A DNA stretch of 64,000 nt from Nitrospirota bacterium (GTDB taxonomy: Bacteria > Nitrospirota > Thermodesulfovibrionia > Thermodesulfovibrionales > JdFR-85), in NCBI GenBank assembly GCA_035873375.1, contig JAYWMQ010000052.1, positions 44,331-108,330 on the forward strand, read 5' to 3'. This document shows positions 18,134 to 25,933 of this stretch, piece by piece (position 1 is the first letter of the stretch; the number at the start of each line of letters is the position of its first letter). Below the pieces are notes generated by a model that saw only the letters and a program-made list of their open reading frames with translations, was not told the origin of the DNA and searched no databases. The translations under genes and the position numbers were made by a program.

Positions 18134-21130
18134 TTAAAACACCACATCAAAAACCATCTCCTTCATACCAAAAAGAAACCGCTTCCGCTTCACCTTTATC
18201 TTTACTTTATCTCCGGGCCTCCTGTCAAGAAGCGCAATCTTTACGTCAGGGATATCCCCGACAATCTTATCATCAATTGCAATGATTATATCACCCTCTT
18301 TAAGCCCTGCCTTGTCGGCAACTCCACCCTTCATGACCTTCTCGATAACAACCCCTTTCTTCTGATCCTTGAGAAAGACCATCAGCCGTGCACTCTCCGG
18401 GGGCTCAATCCGCTTTGGAAAGAGGACAAAATCTGCAATTCCGCGGTCAAAACCCTCACCCCCGTAATTAAGAATAACCGTGGGGCGCTCATTGGTCAGC
18501 CGTTTTACCCTGTCCGGTATTCCCCATGAATGCTGGACATGCCCGTTTCCGGCAAGAACCACCATCTGTGTATCAGGATATTTCTTCAGTGTATCTGCAA
18601 TACTGTGAGCCATTGTCTCATCCCACAGGATCTGCGACTGAACGAAATTCTCAAAATTACTTTTATTGTCATGCTGGGAGAAAACATTCCTGAGGTATTC
18701 CCTGTACTGCTGATTCGTCATATCCATATCCTGGGGTATTTCGGCGTACTCATCCTCTGTAAGCGAGTCAATTCCATCCTTTGAGACCTTCTTGAGAATC
18801 TCCTTCCTGATATTCAGCGCTATTACCGGAATGCGGTTTGCACGTGCGTACTGGAGGATATCCCTGTACAGGTTGTAATCAAAAACCCATCTTTTAAAAT
18901 ACTCCGTCTTCCTGAGGAACTCTGCCTCGTTTATATCACCCTGGATGTACTGGTCAAGATACTTTTGAAAGGGCCGCTGGAACATCTCCATGCCGACAAC
19001 CAGTTTCCCGCTGTCACTGTACAGCCTCCTGATAATTTCATACTGTACTACGTGGTGCTCGTATGCAGTATGCATCTCCCCTACAAAGACCACCCTGCTG
19101 TCCTTAATCTTCCGTATCACAGCATCAAGCCCAATGGTATCCGCAGTCTCTACAGCATCAAGCCGGAGTGTCAGGTCCACAGAAATCCCTTTATCGGAGT
19201 CAGCGGTCTTTTTCAGAATGTTCCTGCCATTTTCAAAGACAAGGAGGGAATAATTTCCGTATCTGAATATCTTTCCAAATGCCCTGTCTGCCTCCTGCCG
19301 GTCTTTTGCATTAAAGACCACGGCAACCCTCTCTGAATTCAGTGGGTTTTTATAAACCTTTACAACAAATCCTCCCTCAGTGAGGGGTCTGTCTGCAAAA
19401 AGACGCCTGTAAATCCTGTTTTTGACCGACATTATCAGGATGGAATTTTCCTCTATCTCCTTATCTCTAACCTCTTTCTCTCCCCTTACAGTATAGCCCT
19501 GCTCTTTAAAAAAAGCGGCCGCATCCCTATAAACATCTTTTTCATCCTCAGGCACAATAACAACACTGCCCTTTCTCCCGGTAAAGGCAGATATCACCGG
19601 CGGCACTTCGCTCTCTGCAAGTCTTCTCATGGTGTCATAATTCTCATCCAGGAATATCCTGAGGGGCCTTGCTGAAAAGGCCCTCTCATATTGCAGGTCT
19701 GCCTTATCGACTCTGATAATAAACTCCTCCTCCCCTGCTGCTGTTACAACCCTTGCAGGAAGGTCAAAGACAAAGGGGTCATTATCCTGAACAATGTTGA
19801 GCCTCAACAGGTATTTGCCGTCTCTGAAGACAACCAGTCCATCCTTTACATCAAGTGAGGGCACACCTTTTTTGTCAATCCACTGTCTAAAAAACTCCTT
19901 TAATTGAAGCCCGCTTGAGGATGCAAGGGAATCCCTGATATCATCCCATGTGGCTTCCCTGTATTTACTGGATTCAATAAACTCCCTGAGTCCCCTGAAA
20001 AAGGCATCGTCTCCGAGTCTCTTTCTCAGCATATGAAAGACCATTGCCGACTTGCCATAGCCTATAGTCCTCGTTGAAAAACCCTCACGGCTGATAAAGT
20101 CCTTCAGGGCAATCTCATTATCAGCAGACACGTAATTCATGTAATCAAGCATGATCCTCTTCCTGTACTCCGCCCCTTCACCCTTGAGCTCCTTATACCA
20201 TTGGTCGGACAGATATGTTGTAAACCCCTCCGACCAGTTGCCTGATTTGTAATCAACATATACATAATTGCCGAACCACTGGTGGAGTATCTCATGACCA
20301 AGAGAGGTCCTGACGATAAAGGGCAGCCTTATAACCTTTGAGCCAAGCAGTGTATATGTGGGAAAGGAGTAGCCTGTCTGATACCTGTTCTCTACAATGG
20401 AGAAATTTTTATAGGGAAAAGCCCCAAGCATGGATTTATAGAGCTTTAAATATCTCTTTGTGTTTTCAATATAGGTGGCTGCAAGCCCCTCATCCTCTGA
20501 AAACAGATATGTCCTTATCAAAACCCCCTCAAACTGCTCCTCCTGTACCCGGTATTCTCCGGCAACAAGGGTTATCGTGGCAAGTGGATGGGGGAAATCA
20601 AAGTTGATGGTCTTTATATCATTGTCAACAGAAACAGTGGCAGCCTCGGATTCTGATATGGCATCAAAATCCTTTGGGACCTCCACGGTCAGCCTGTAAA
20701 TAAAGTCTCCCTTAAATTCAGGGTACCACTGTTGTAGCAGCATTATACCCGTGGTATCCACTACATTGCTGCCCGAAACACCGGGATTGACGGCGGACTC
20801 CTCCTCTGCCTTGGGTTTAAATAAAGCACTGTATTCAATCTCGACAACCCTCTCCCCTTCTCCTGCCTCAAGGGCCTTAAGTGCCTCTTCTCCAAACTCA
20901 TATTCCCTGCCGTTTATTCTGAATGACTTTATGTTGAGTCCATCCGTCCGGAGGTATGCCTTCCGTTTATCCGGCAAAATAACCTTCGCCCTCCCCTCAA
21001 CAGAGCTGCTCTCCGGCAAAACCCTGACCTTAAGCTCATACAGGGGGAGCTCAGAGGCAGCAATGTTATTGCAGGACGTAATTATGGCAATAAAGAATAA
21101 CGCCGTAACAAATCGCACATATGTCATCAT
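18134..21130 (-). CDS. lipoprotein fusion: M1-family zinc aminopeptidase + ChaN/Tiki-like domain + C-terminal PDZ
   Basis: M1 signatures GHEILHQWFGN (HExxH) and WSEGFTTY. ChaN-like block VFVGEMHTAYEHH...GMEMFQRPFQKYLDQY...RIPVIALN. PDZ block GVVIEKVMKGGVADKAGLKEGDIIIAID. The signal MMTYVRFVTALFFIAIITSC has a lipobox. The track start at 21151 is GTG with no SD. The ATG at 21130 follows AGGAG. Confidence 0.85.
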   Translation of the reverse strand: MMTYVRFVTALFFIAIITSCNNIAASELPLYELKVRVLPESSSVEGRAKVILPDKRKAYLRTDGLNIKSFRINGREYEFGEEALKALEAGEGERVVEIEYSALFKPKAEEESAVNPGVSGSNVVDTTGIMLLQQWYPEFKGDFIYRLTVEVPKDFDAISESEAATVSVDNDIKTINFDFPHPLATITLVAGEYRVQEEQFEGVLIRTYLFSEDEGLAATYIENTKRYLKLYKSMLGAFPYKNFSIVENRYQTGYSFPTYTLLGSKVIRLPFIVRTSLGHEILHQWFGNYVYVDYKSGNWSEGFTTYLSDQWYKELKGEGAEYRKRIMLDYMNYVSADNEIALKDFISREGFSTRTIGYGKSAMVFHMLRKRLGDDAFFRGLREFIESSKYREATWDDIRDSLASSSGLQLKEFFRQWIDKKGVPSLDVKDGLVVFRDGKYLLRLNIVQDNDPFVFDLPARVVTAAGEEEFIIRVDKADLQYERAFSARPLRIFLDENYDTMRRLAESEVPPVISAFTGRKGSVVIVPEDEKDVYRDAAAFFKEQGYTVRGEKEVRDKEIEENSILIMSVKNRIYRRLFADRPLTEGGFVVKVYKNPLNSERVAVVFNAKDRQEADRAFGKIFRYGNYSLLVFENGRNILKKTADSDKGISVDLTLRLDAVETADTIGLDAVIRKIKDSRVVFVGEMHTAYEHHVVQYEIIRRLYSDSGKLVVGMEMFQRPFQKYLDQYIQGDINEAEFLRKTEYFKRWVFDYNLYRDILQYARANRIPVIALNIRKEILKKVSKDGIDSLTEDEYAEIPQDMDMTNQQYREYLRNVFSQHDNKSNFENFVQSQILWDETMAHSIADTLKKYPDTQMVVLAGNGHVQHSWGIPDRVKRLTNERPTVILNYGGEGFDRGIADFVLFPKRIEPPESARLMVFLKDQKKGVVIEKVMKGGVADKAGLKEGDIIIAIDDKIVGDIPDVKIALLDRRPGDKVKIKVKRKRFLFGMKEMVFDVVF

Positions 21131-21183
21131 TATCAAAAATCTCCTGTACACTTGAAATAACTTGCCACAACTGTAAAGATTAT

Positions 21184-21278
21184 TCAGCCGCAGATTTTCG
21201 CAGATAAACGCAGATTATCAAGACTTTAGAGAAATTTTGCTTTACTATCTGCGTGAATCTGCTAAAATCTGCGGCTGA
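21184..21278. repeat. ~90-bp palindromic intergenic element, GCAGAT family, copy 1
   Basis: tcagccgcagattttcgcagataaacgcagat (21184..21215) faces atctgcgtgaatctgctaaaatctgcggctga (21247..21278). About 93% identical to the copy at 23128..23215. Confidence 0.85.
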
Positions 21279-21291
21279 AATCCGTTGACAC

Positions 21292-22308
21292 TCAGAACAG
21301 CCGGTTGGGAACATTTATCTTCAGGTGTTCATAAGCGCCGCGTGTGGCAAGCCTGCCCCTTGGTGTCCGTTCTATAAACCCCTCCTGAAGGAGAAAGGGT
21401 TCATAAACATCCTCAATCGTCTCCTTATCCTCCCTCACAGAGGCTGCAAGGGTGTCCACACCTACGGGGCCGCCGGCATATTTTTCAATAATTGTAAGCA
21501 GGAGCTTCCTGTCCATATCGTCAAGCCCCCTGTCATCCACATCCATGGCCTCAAGGGCGTACCGGGCTATCTCTATCCCGATCGTACCGTCACCCTTCAC
21601 CTGGGCAAAATCCCTCACCCTCCTCAGGAGCCTGTTTGCAATCCTCGGTGTACCTCTTGAACGGCGGGCAACCTCAAAGGCGGCATCTTCGGTTATATGG
21701 ACATCAAGGATGGTTGAGGAACGTTTGACCACCCTTATAAGCTCTTCAGGCCTGTAGTATTCGAGCCTCACAATCACACCAAAACGGTCCCTGAGGGGAA
21801 ATGTCAGCAGCCCTGTGCGGGTGGTGGCACCAACGAGTGTGAAGTGCGGCAGGTTTACCTTGAGTGAACGGGCATTTGGGCCCTGTCCAATAATAATATC
21901 AAGGTGAAAATCCTCCATGGCAGGATACAGGACCTCTTCGACGATCCTGGGCATCCGGTGTATCTCGTCAATAAAGAGGATATCCTGATCCGAGAGGTTT
22001 GTAAGTATTGCGGCAAGGTCTCCCTGCCTCTCGAGCACCGGACCTGATGTGGTCTTCAGGCTTACGCCAAGCTCATTGGAGATAATATGTGCAAGCGTGG
22101 TCTTTCCAAGCCCTGGCGGGCCGTAGAAGAGAACATGGTCAAGTGCCTCTCCACGGTGTCTTGCCGCCTGAATATAAACATGGAGGTTATCCTTTAACCG
22201 CTCCTGCCCTATAAACTCTTCAAAACTCCTGGGCCTCAGGGTTACATCCAGGAGCAGATCATCCTGAGATACCTCTGGCTCAACCCCACTTTCATCCGTC
22301 TCTTTCAG
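21292..22308 (-). CDS. ruvB: Holliday junction branch migration helicase RuvB (start extended beyond the ORF-track call)
   Basis: Track ORF 21292..22038 begins mid-protein ([10 protein letters not shown]...). The frame stays open upstream and encodes [18 protein letters not shown]...[26 protein letters not shown] (Walker A). There is no in-frame ATG, GTG or TTG before the stop at 22333..22335. A CTG at 22306..22308 lies 5 nt after GGGAGG (22314..22319). Confidence 0.85.
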   Translation of the reverse strand: MKETDESGVEPEVSQDDLLLDVTLRPRSFEEFIGQERLKDNLHVYIQAARHRGEALDHVLFYGPPGLGKTTLAHIISNELGVSLKTTSGPVLERQGDLAAILTNLSDQDILFIDEIHRMPRIVEEVLYPAMEDFHLDIIIGQGPNARSLKVNLPHFTLVGATTRTGLLTFPLRDRFGVIVRLEYYRPEELIRVVKRSSTILDVHITEDAAFEVARRSRGTPRIANRLLRRVRDFAQVKGDGTIGIEIARYALEAMDVDDRGLDDMDRKLLLTIIEKYAGGPVGVDTLAASVREDKETIEDVYEPFLLQEGFIERTPRGRLATRGAYEHLKINVPNRLF

Positions 22309-22325
22309 ACTAACCTCCCGCTTTT

Positions 22326-22429
22326 TTATTAACTATTGACTATTAACTATTTGCGATTGAATATTGAATTTTGAATATTAAACAGATAAGAATTAAACAG
22401 AATTGTTTAATTCGTCAATCGTCAATCGC
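22326..22429. repeat. GTCAAT/ATTGAC-word spacer between ruvB and ruvA
   Basis: ttaactattgactattaactatttgcgattgaatattgaa ... ttaattcgtcaatcgtcaatcgc, with an internal near-duplicate (atattaaacagat / gaattaaacagaat). Confidence 0.7.
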
Positions 22430-22431
22430 TC

Positions 22432-22998
22432 TCACCTGTTCAAATATTTTAACGACTCTTTAAGGAGATTCTCAATCTCCCTGATTCCCTTCTGATAGGC
22501 CCGCTCCAGGGCCTCCTGGGCATGGGCTCTTTTATATCCGAGGTTAACCAGCGCTGAAAGGGTATCCTCGTAAACCCTCTCTTTTTTCTCTCCTGTCTTC
22601 GGAAGCTTTTCCCTGAGCTCGAGTATAATCCTCTGTGCTGTCTTCTTCCCCACACCGGGAATCCTTGTCAATAACCCAACATCCTCTGTCTCTACTGCCC
22701 TTAAAAAATCCTCGACCGTTGAGCCGGACAGGATATTCAGTGCAAGCCTTGGTCCCACCCCTGAAATGCCGAGCAGGGATTTAAAAACCCTCTTGCCGTT
22801 CTCATCCAGAAAACCGTAGAGGTCTATGGCATCATCCTTCACATTTGTATAAATAAAGAGAAAGACCTCCCTGCCCTCCTCCGGCAGCTCTGAAAGCACA
22901 CTCAGGGGGACACTCACCTCATAGCCAACTCCGCCTGTCTCAACCACTATGCACTCAGGCCGTTTTAGAGTGAGCCTGCCTCTCAAAGTCCCTATCAT
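22432..22998 (-). CDS. ruvA: Holliday junction DNA-binding protein RuvA
   Basis: 188 aa. MIGTLRGRLTLKRPECIVVETGGVGYEV is a classic RuvA N-terminus, with HhH motifs (GVGPRLALNIL, IPGVGKKTAQRI). SD is AGGAGGG. Confidence 0.95.
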   Translation of the reverse strand: MIGTLRGRLTLKRPECIVVETGGVGYEVSVPLSVLSELPEEGREVFLFIYTNVKDDAIDLYGFLDENGKRVFKSLLGISGVGPRLALNILSGSTVEDFLRAVETEDVGLLTRIPGVGKKTAQRIILELREKLPKTGEKKERVYEDTLSALVNLGYKRAHAQEALERAYQKGIREIENLLKESLKYLNR

Positions 22999-23127
22999 CT
23001 CAGGGGTTGCCCTCCTTTTTTAAAAAAACCGGATATGTTTCATCGATAATTCAGGTGTATTATACAATAAAGAAAGGTTTTTACAGAAAGGACAGCGGGG
23101 GATTAAAAGAAATCAAGAGTAAATTTG

Positions 23128-23215
23128 GCCGCAGATTTTGCAGATAAACGCAGATTGTCAAGACTTTAGAAAAATTCTGCTTTAATATCTGCGTGAATCT
23201 GCGAAAATCTGCGGC
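23128..23215. repeat. ~90-bp palindromic intergenic element, GCAGAT family, copy 2
   Basis: gccgcagattttgcagataaacgcagattgtcaagactttagaaaaattctgctttaatatctgcgtgaatctgcgaaaatctgcggc. Same orientation as copy 1. Confidence 0.85.
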
Positions 23216-23223
23216 AGAGAGTC

Positions 23224-25833
23224 TTAATTCACGGTTGTAAAGCTTCTGACATAGCTTAGACTCGCTGCACCTTTGTCATCACTTGCAACGACCTGCCAGG
23301 AGTATGTGGTGTCCGGATTAAGTCCTTCAACCGTATAGCTCAAAATGGCTGTATCCGTCTCCCCGGAAACCGAGTTGTCCACATCGGTAACCGTACCCTT
23401 GCCGCATGAAACCAGCAACATTGCCGTTAATATTATAATCCCTGCCAACAGGACTATCTTCCTCCGCCTTCCATCACCTGCAACGACCATTCCGAAGAGC
23501 AGCAGTCCGGCTCCAGCTCCAAGCCCTGCATAAATTGTCCTGCCGGGACTGCCAGTAAGGGTTGACTCTTCCACTTTTGCGGCAATGCAATTCTCCGGAG
23601 TGCCTTCGTTGTCTTCACAGTATCTGATTTCATAGGTCACGGGGTCACCCTCCGGGTCTGTGACTCCCTCCCATTGAAACGTTACCGTTGTCTCCAGCCC
23701 TGTTTCACCGTCTTCCGGAGAGACAGGTGCCGGCCTGGCCGGTGTATGGTTACCCTCTTCAGGCAGGCATGAGCCCGTGACTTTCTCATACGCCTCTGCA
23801 TCCACCCTTTCAGGAACAGTCAGGTAAACAGTCCAGGGCCATGGTTCACCGGGCGATGTACCACACATAGCTACCACAACCTCACTCTCATCCGGGTCGT
23901 CAGACGGAATACGGACTACCTTGCCCCACGAGCCTGTATCAGGCGAGGGGTCGGTAAACAGGATTGTGAGTGTGCAGGTAGCTGATGGTGCAAGGGTCTG
24001 GTTTGAACAGTTGTCTGTTATACTGAATGGCCAGAACAGCCCCGGCTGGTCGGACACATAGGGTATCTGGCTTATGTTAAGGTCTGCATCGCCGAGATTG
24101 GTTACCGTTACAGTATGTGACGTGTTCGGAATATCACCAAACGGCACTTCAAGGTCATTATCCGTACCTGACGAATCAGTGACACTGATGTCAGGTTCAG
24201 GTACCGCTATAAAGGTTGCCGTCATTGTCGGGGCTGAGGCGCTGATAGAAGTCACCTTTACATAACTTGCAGTTCCGTTATACAGATCACTGTCCGGAAT
24301 GCTGCTGCCAGTAAATGATGTATTGTTCGTAGAGCCCGGATAAAGGTCACCGCTGTCTCCCCTGTTATTATTCTTCTCAAGGTCCAAATTGCCGTCAGCC
24401 TGCTCCAGTGAAACCCAGTAGTGGGTTGCCGAGCAGTCAGAGGGGGGATAACACTCGTTGGCATTACTTGTCCGGCTTTCCTCTATATGCCATATGGCAA
24501 GGCCGGCTGCGGGCAGTCCCTCATCAAAAGTACCTGTAACACGCTGCCTGTTTTCTACCAGGAAATATTCCCCGCCGGTTGACGGGCTGCCGGAGAGGAG
24601 CTGATACACATCCGCCGCTGTGGCTGCCGCATCAATGGACTCATCAGTCAGTCTGTATGTAACCTGAGTTGGAGTAACCCAGCCAAGGCGGTATTTGCTC
24701 CATGCCGACATATGGGCAGGGGTATCCCCCTGTCTTGTCACATAGTTCCACGTCCCTCCACTCATCAAACCCCAGTTACCTATCCCCTCCGAGCTCCCGT
24801 CAGTGTCGTAGAGGTCAGGCAGGCCCAGGGCATGGCCGTACTCATGGGCAAAAACACCTATTGTCGACTGGATTGGCGGAGGCCCTGTACGGTAAAGCTC
24901 GGGCATGATAATGTAATCGTTCACTTTATAGCCTCCGGGGCAGGAAGCATCTGAATCGCCCGTGGTATAGATACCATAGTTGCTGTATCCGGAGTTCCGG
25001 GCACTGGAGAGATTCCAGCGATGGGACCATATATCTGTCGAGGCCTCACCGACCTCCTCGCCGGTACCCTGATGGACTATTCCCACTACATCTACATAGC
25101 AGTCCCCGTCGGAATCATATGCAGAAAAATCAACCGTGGCATCTGCTGCCGCAACAGCCTCATAAACGAGGTCACCGGGCCACGTATCTTGTCCCTGGGC
25201 ATTATTGGTACCGTAATAATCATGGTTATTTGCTGTTGTGTACCATCCCACAACACCAGCCGGTCCGGGAGATACGCTGAAGGCACCGTATGAGACCTCT
25301 TCATAATAGTCCTTCATACTCTTGTTTCCCGTACCAAAAAGGAGGGTATCAAAATCCGGGGTATTGTATGTCGTTGTTGTATTATTAAAGTTTATGAGGA
25401 TGACAGGGATATTCGCAGCCCCTGACGGAGGCACAACCTTCTGAGGTAAATCAGGAGGTTGTATTGCCTTTCGCTGAAGGACTTCCACCAGAACGTCTCC
25501 AGCCGGCCTGATGTGTTTTTGTAAAACCTCTGTGGGCCGGGTCTTGCCAACTACCCATGAAGAGGCTGTAAGCCTTCCGCTGCCGTCTGTTACTGCATAT
25601 GTCCAGTTCTGCAACGACTCATTAAAGGCAATGGAATAACCGTCTTCAGTCTCCCATCCATGCAACCTTTCATCACCCCAAAGTCGGGCAGTAAACGCGC
25701 TCCCATCAGCCTGTATGAGGGTACGCACAACCGGTGCCGCTACAACTGCTTCAGCCTCTTCCACCCCCAACAAACCGGTAATAAAACAGACCACAACTGC
25801 ACAAAAAATAACTCCGGTTATTCCTGTCTTCAT
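23224..25833 (-). CDS. secreted M6 (immune inhibitor A-like) zinc metalloprotease with the shared C-terminal split-FN3/membrane-hairpin module (paralog A)
   Basis: 869 aa with an N-terminal signal peptide. Zinc site is HEYGHALGLPDLYD. One choice-of-anchor-D/ASH-like domain (FGDIPNTSHTVTVTNLGDADL...SITDNCSN...CTLTILF...IPSDDPDESEVVVAMCGT). The C-terminus is shared with the three downstream paralogs. Confidence 0.88.
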   Translation of the reverse strand: MKTGITGVIFCAVVVCFITGLLGVEEAEAVVAAPVVRTLIQADGSAFTARLWGDERLHGWETEDGYSIAFNESLQNWTYAVTDGSGRLTASSWVVGKTRPTEVLQKHIRPAGDVLVEVLQRKAIQPPDLPQKVVPPSGAANIPVILINFNNTTTTYNTPDFDTLLFGTGNKSMKDYYEEVSYGAFSVSPGPAGVVGWYTTANNHDYYGTNNAQGQDTWPGDLVYEAVAAADATVDFSAYDSDGDCYVDVVGIVHQGTGEEVGEASTDIWSHRWNLSSARNSGYSNYGIYTTGDSDASCPGGYKVNDYIIMPELYRTGPPPIQSTIGVFAHEYGHALGLPDLYDTDGSSEGIGNWGLMSGGTWNYVTRQGDTPAHMSAWSKYRLGWVTPTQVTYRLTDESIDAAATAADVYQLLSGSPSTGGEYFLVENRQRVTGTFDEGLPAAGLAIWHIEESRTSNANECYPPSDCSATHYWVSLEQADGNLDLEKNNNRGDSGDLYPGSTNNTSFTGSSIPDSDLYNGTASYVKVTSISASAPTMTATFIAVPEPDISVTDSSGTDNDLEVPFGDIPNTSHTVTVTNLGDADLNISQIPYVSDQPGLFWPFSITDNCSNQTLAPSATCTLTILFTDPSPDTGSWGKVVRIPSDDPDESEVVVAMCGTSPGEPWPWTVYLTVPERVDAEAYEKVTGSCLPEEGNHTPARPAPVSPEDGETGLETTVTFQWEGVTDPEGDPVTYEIRYCEDNEGTPENCIAAKVEESTLTGSPGRTIYAGLGAGAGLLLFGMVVAGDGRRRKIVLLAGIIILTAMLLVSCGKGTVTDVDNSVSGETDTAILSYTVEGLNPDTTYSWQVVASDDKGAASLSYVRSFTTVN
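23401..23532 (-). other. membrane-hairpin insertion in paralog A (TM1-RRRK-TM2 ending in a lipobox-like LVSCG)
   Basis: Encodes YAGLGAGAGLLLFGMVVAGDGRRRKIVLLAGIIILTAMLLVSCG (aa 768-811). Confidence 0.8.
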
Positions 25834-25854
25834 CTACCCCCCTTCAATCCTAAT

Positions 25855-25916
25855 AATTAAAAGTGGACAGGCCACTCTCTTCCCTGATTTTAAAAAAGGG
25901 AAAAAGCAGCCTGTCC
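25855..25916 (-). terminator. possible weak terminator hairpin between paralogs B and A
   Basis: ggacaggc (25865..25872) pairs with gcctgtcc (25909..25916), with imperfect inner pairing. On the minus strand it is followed by acttttaattatt. Weak, so readthrough is plausible. Confidence 0.35.
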
Positions 25917-25933
25917 TTATACACTACATATCC

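Noticed and set aside
21292-22038. Treating ruvB as a 5'-truncated pseudogene
   Set aside because: The upstream 90 codons are open, conserved and preceded by a strong SD. A rare CTG start is the more economical explanation, although it remains unproven.
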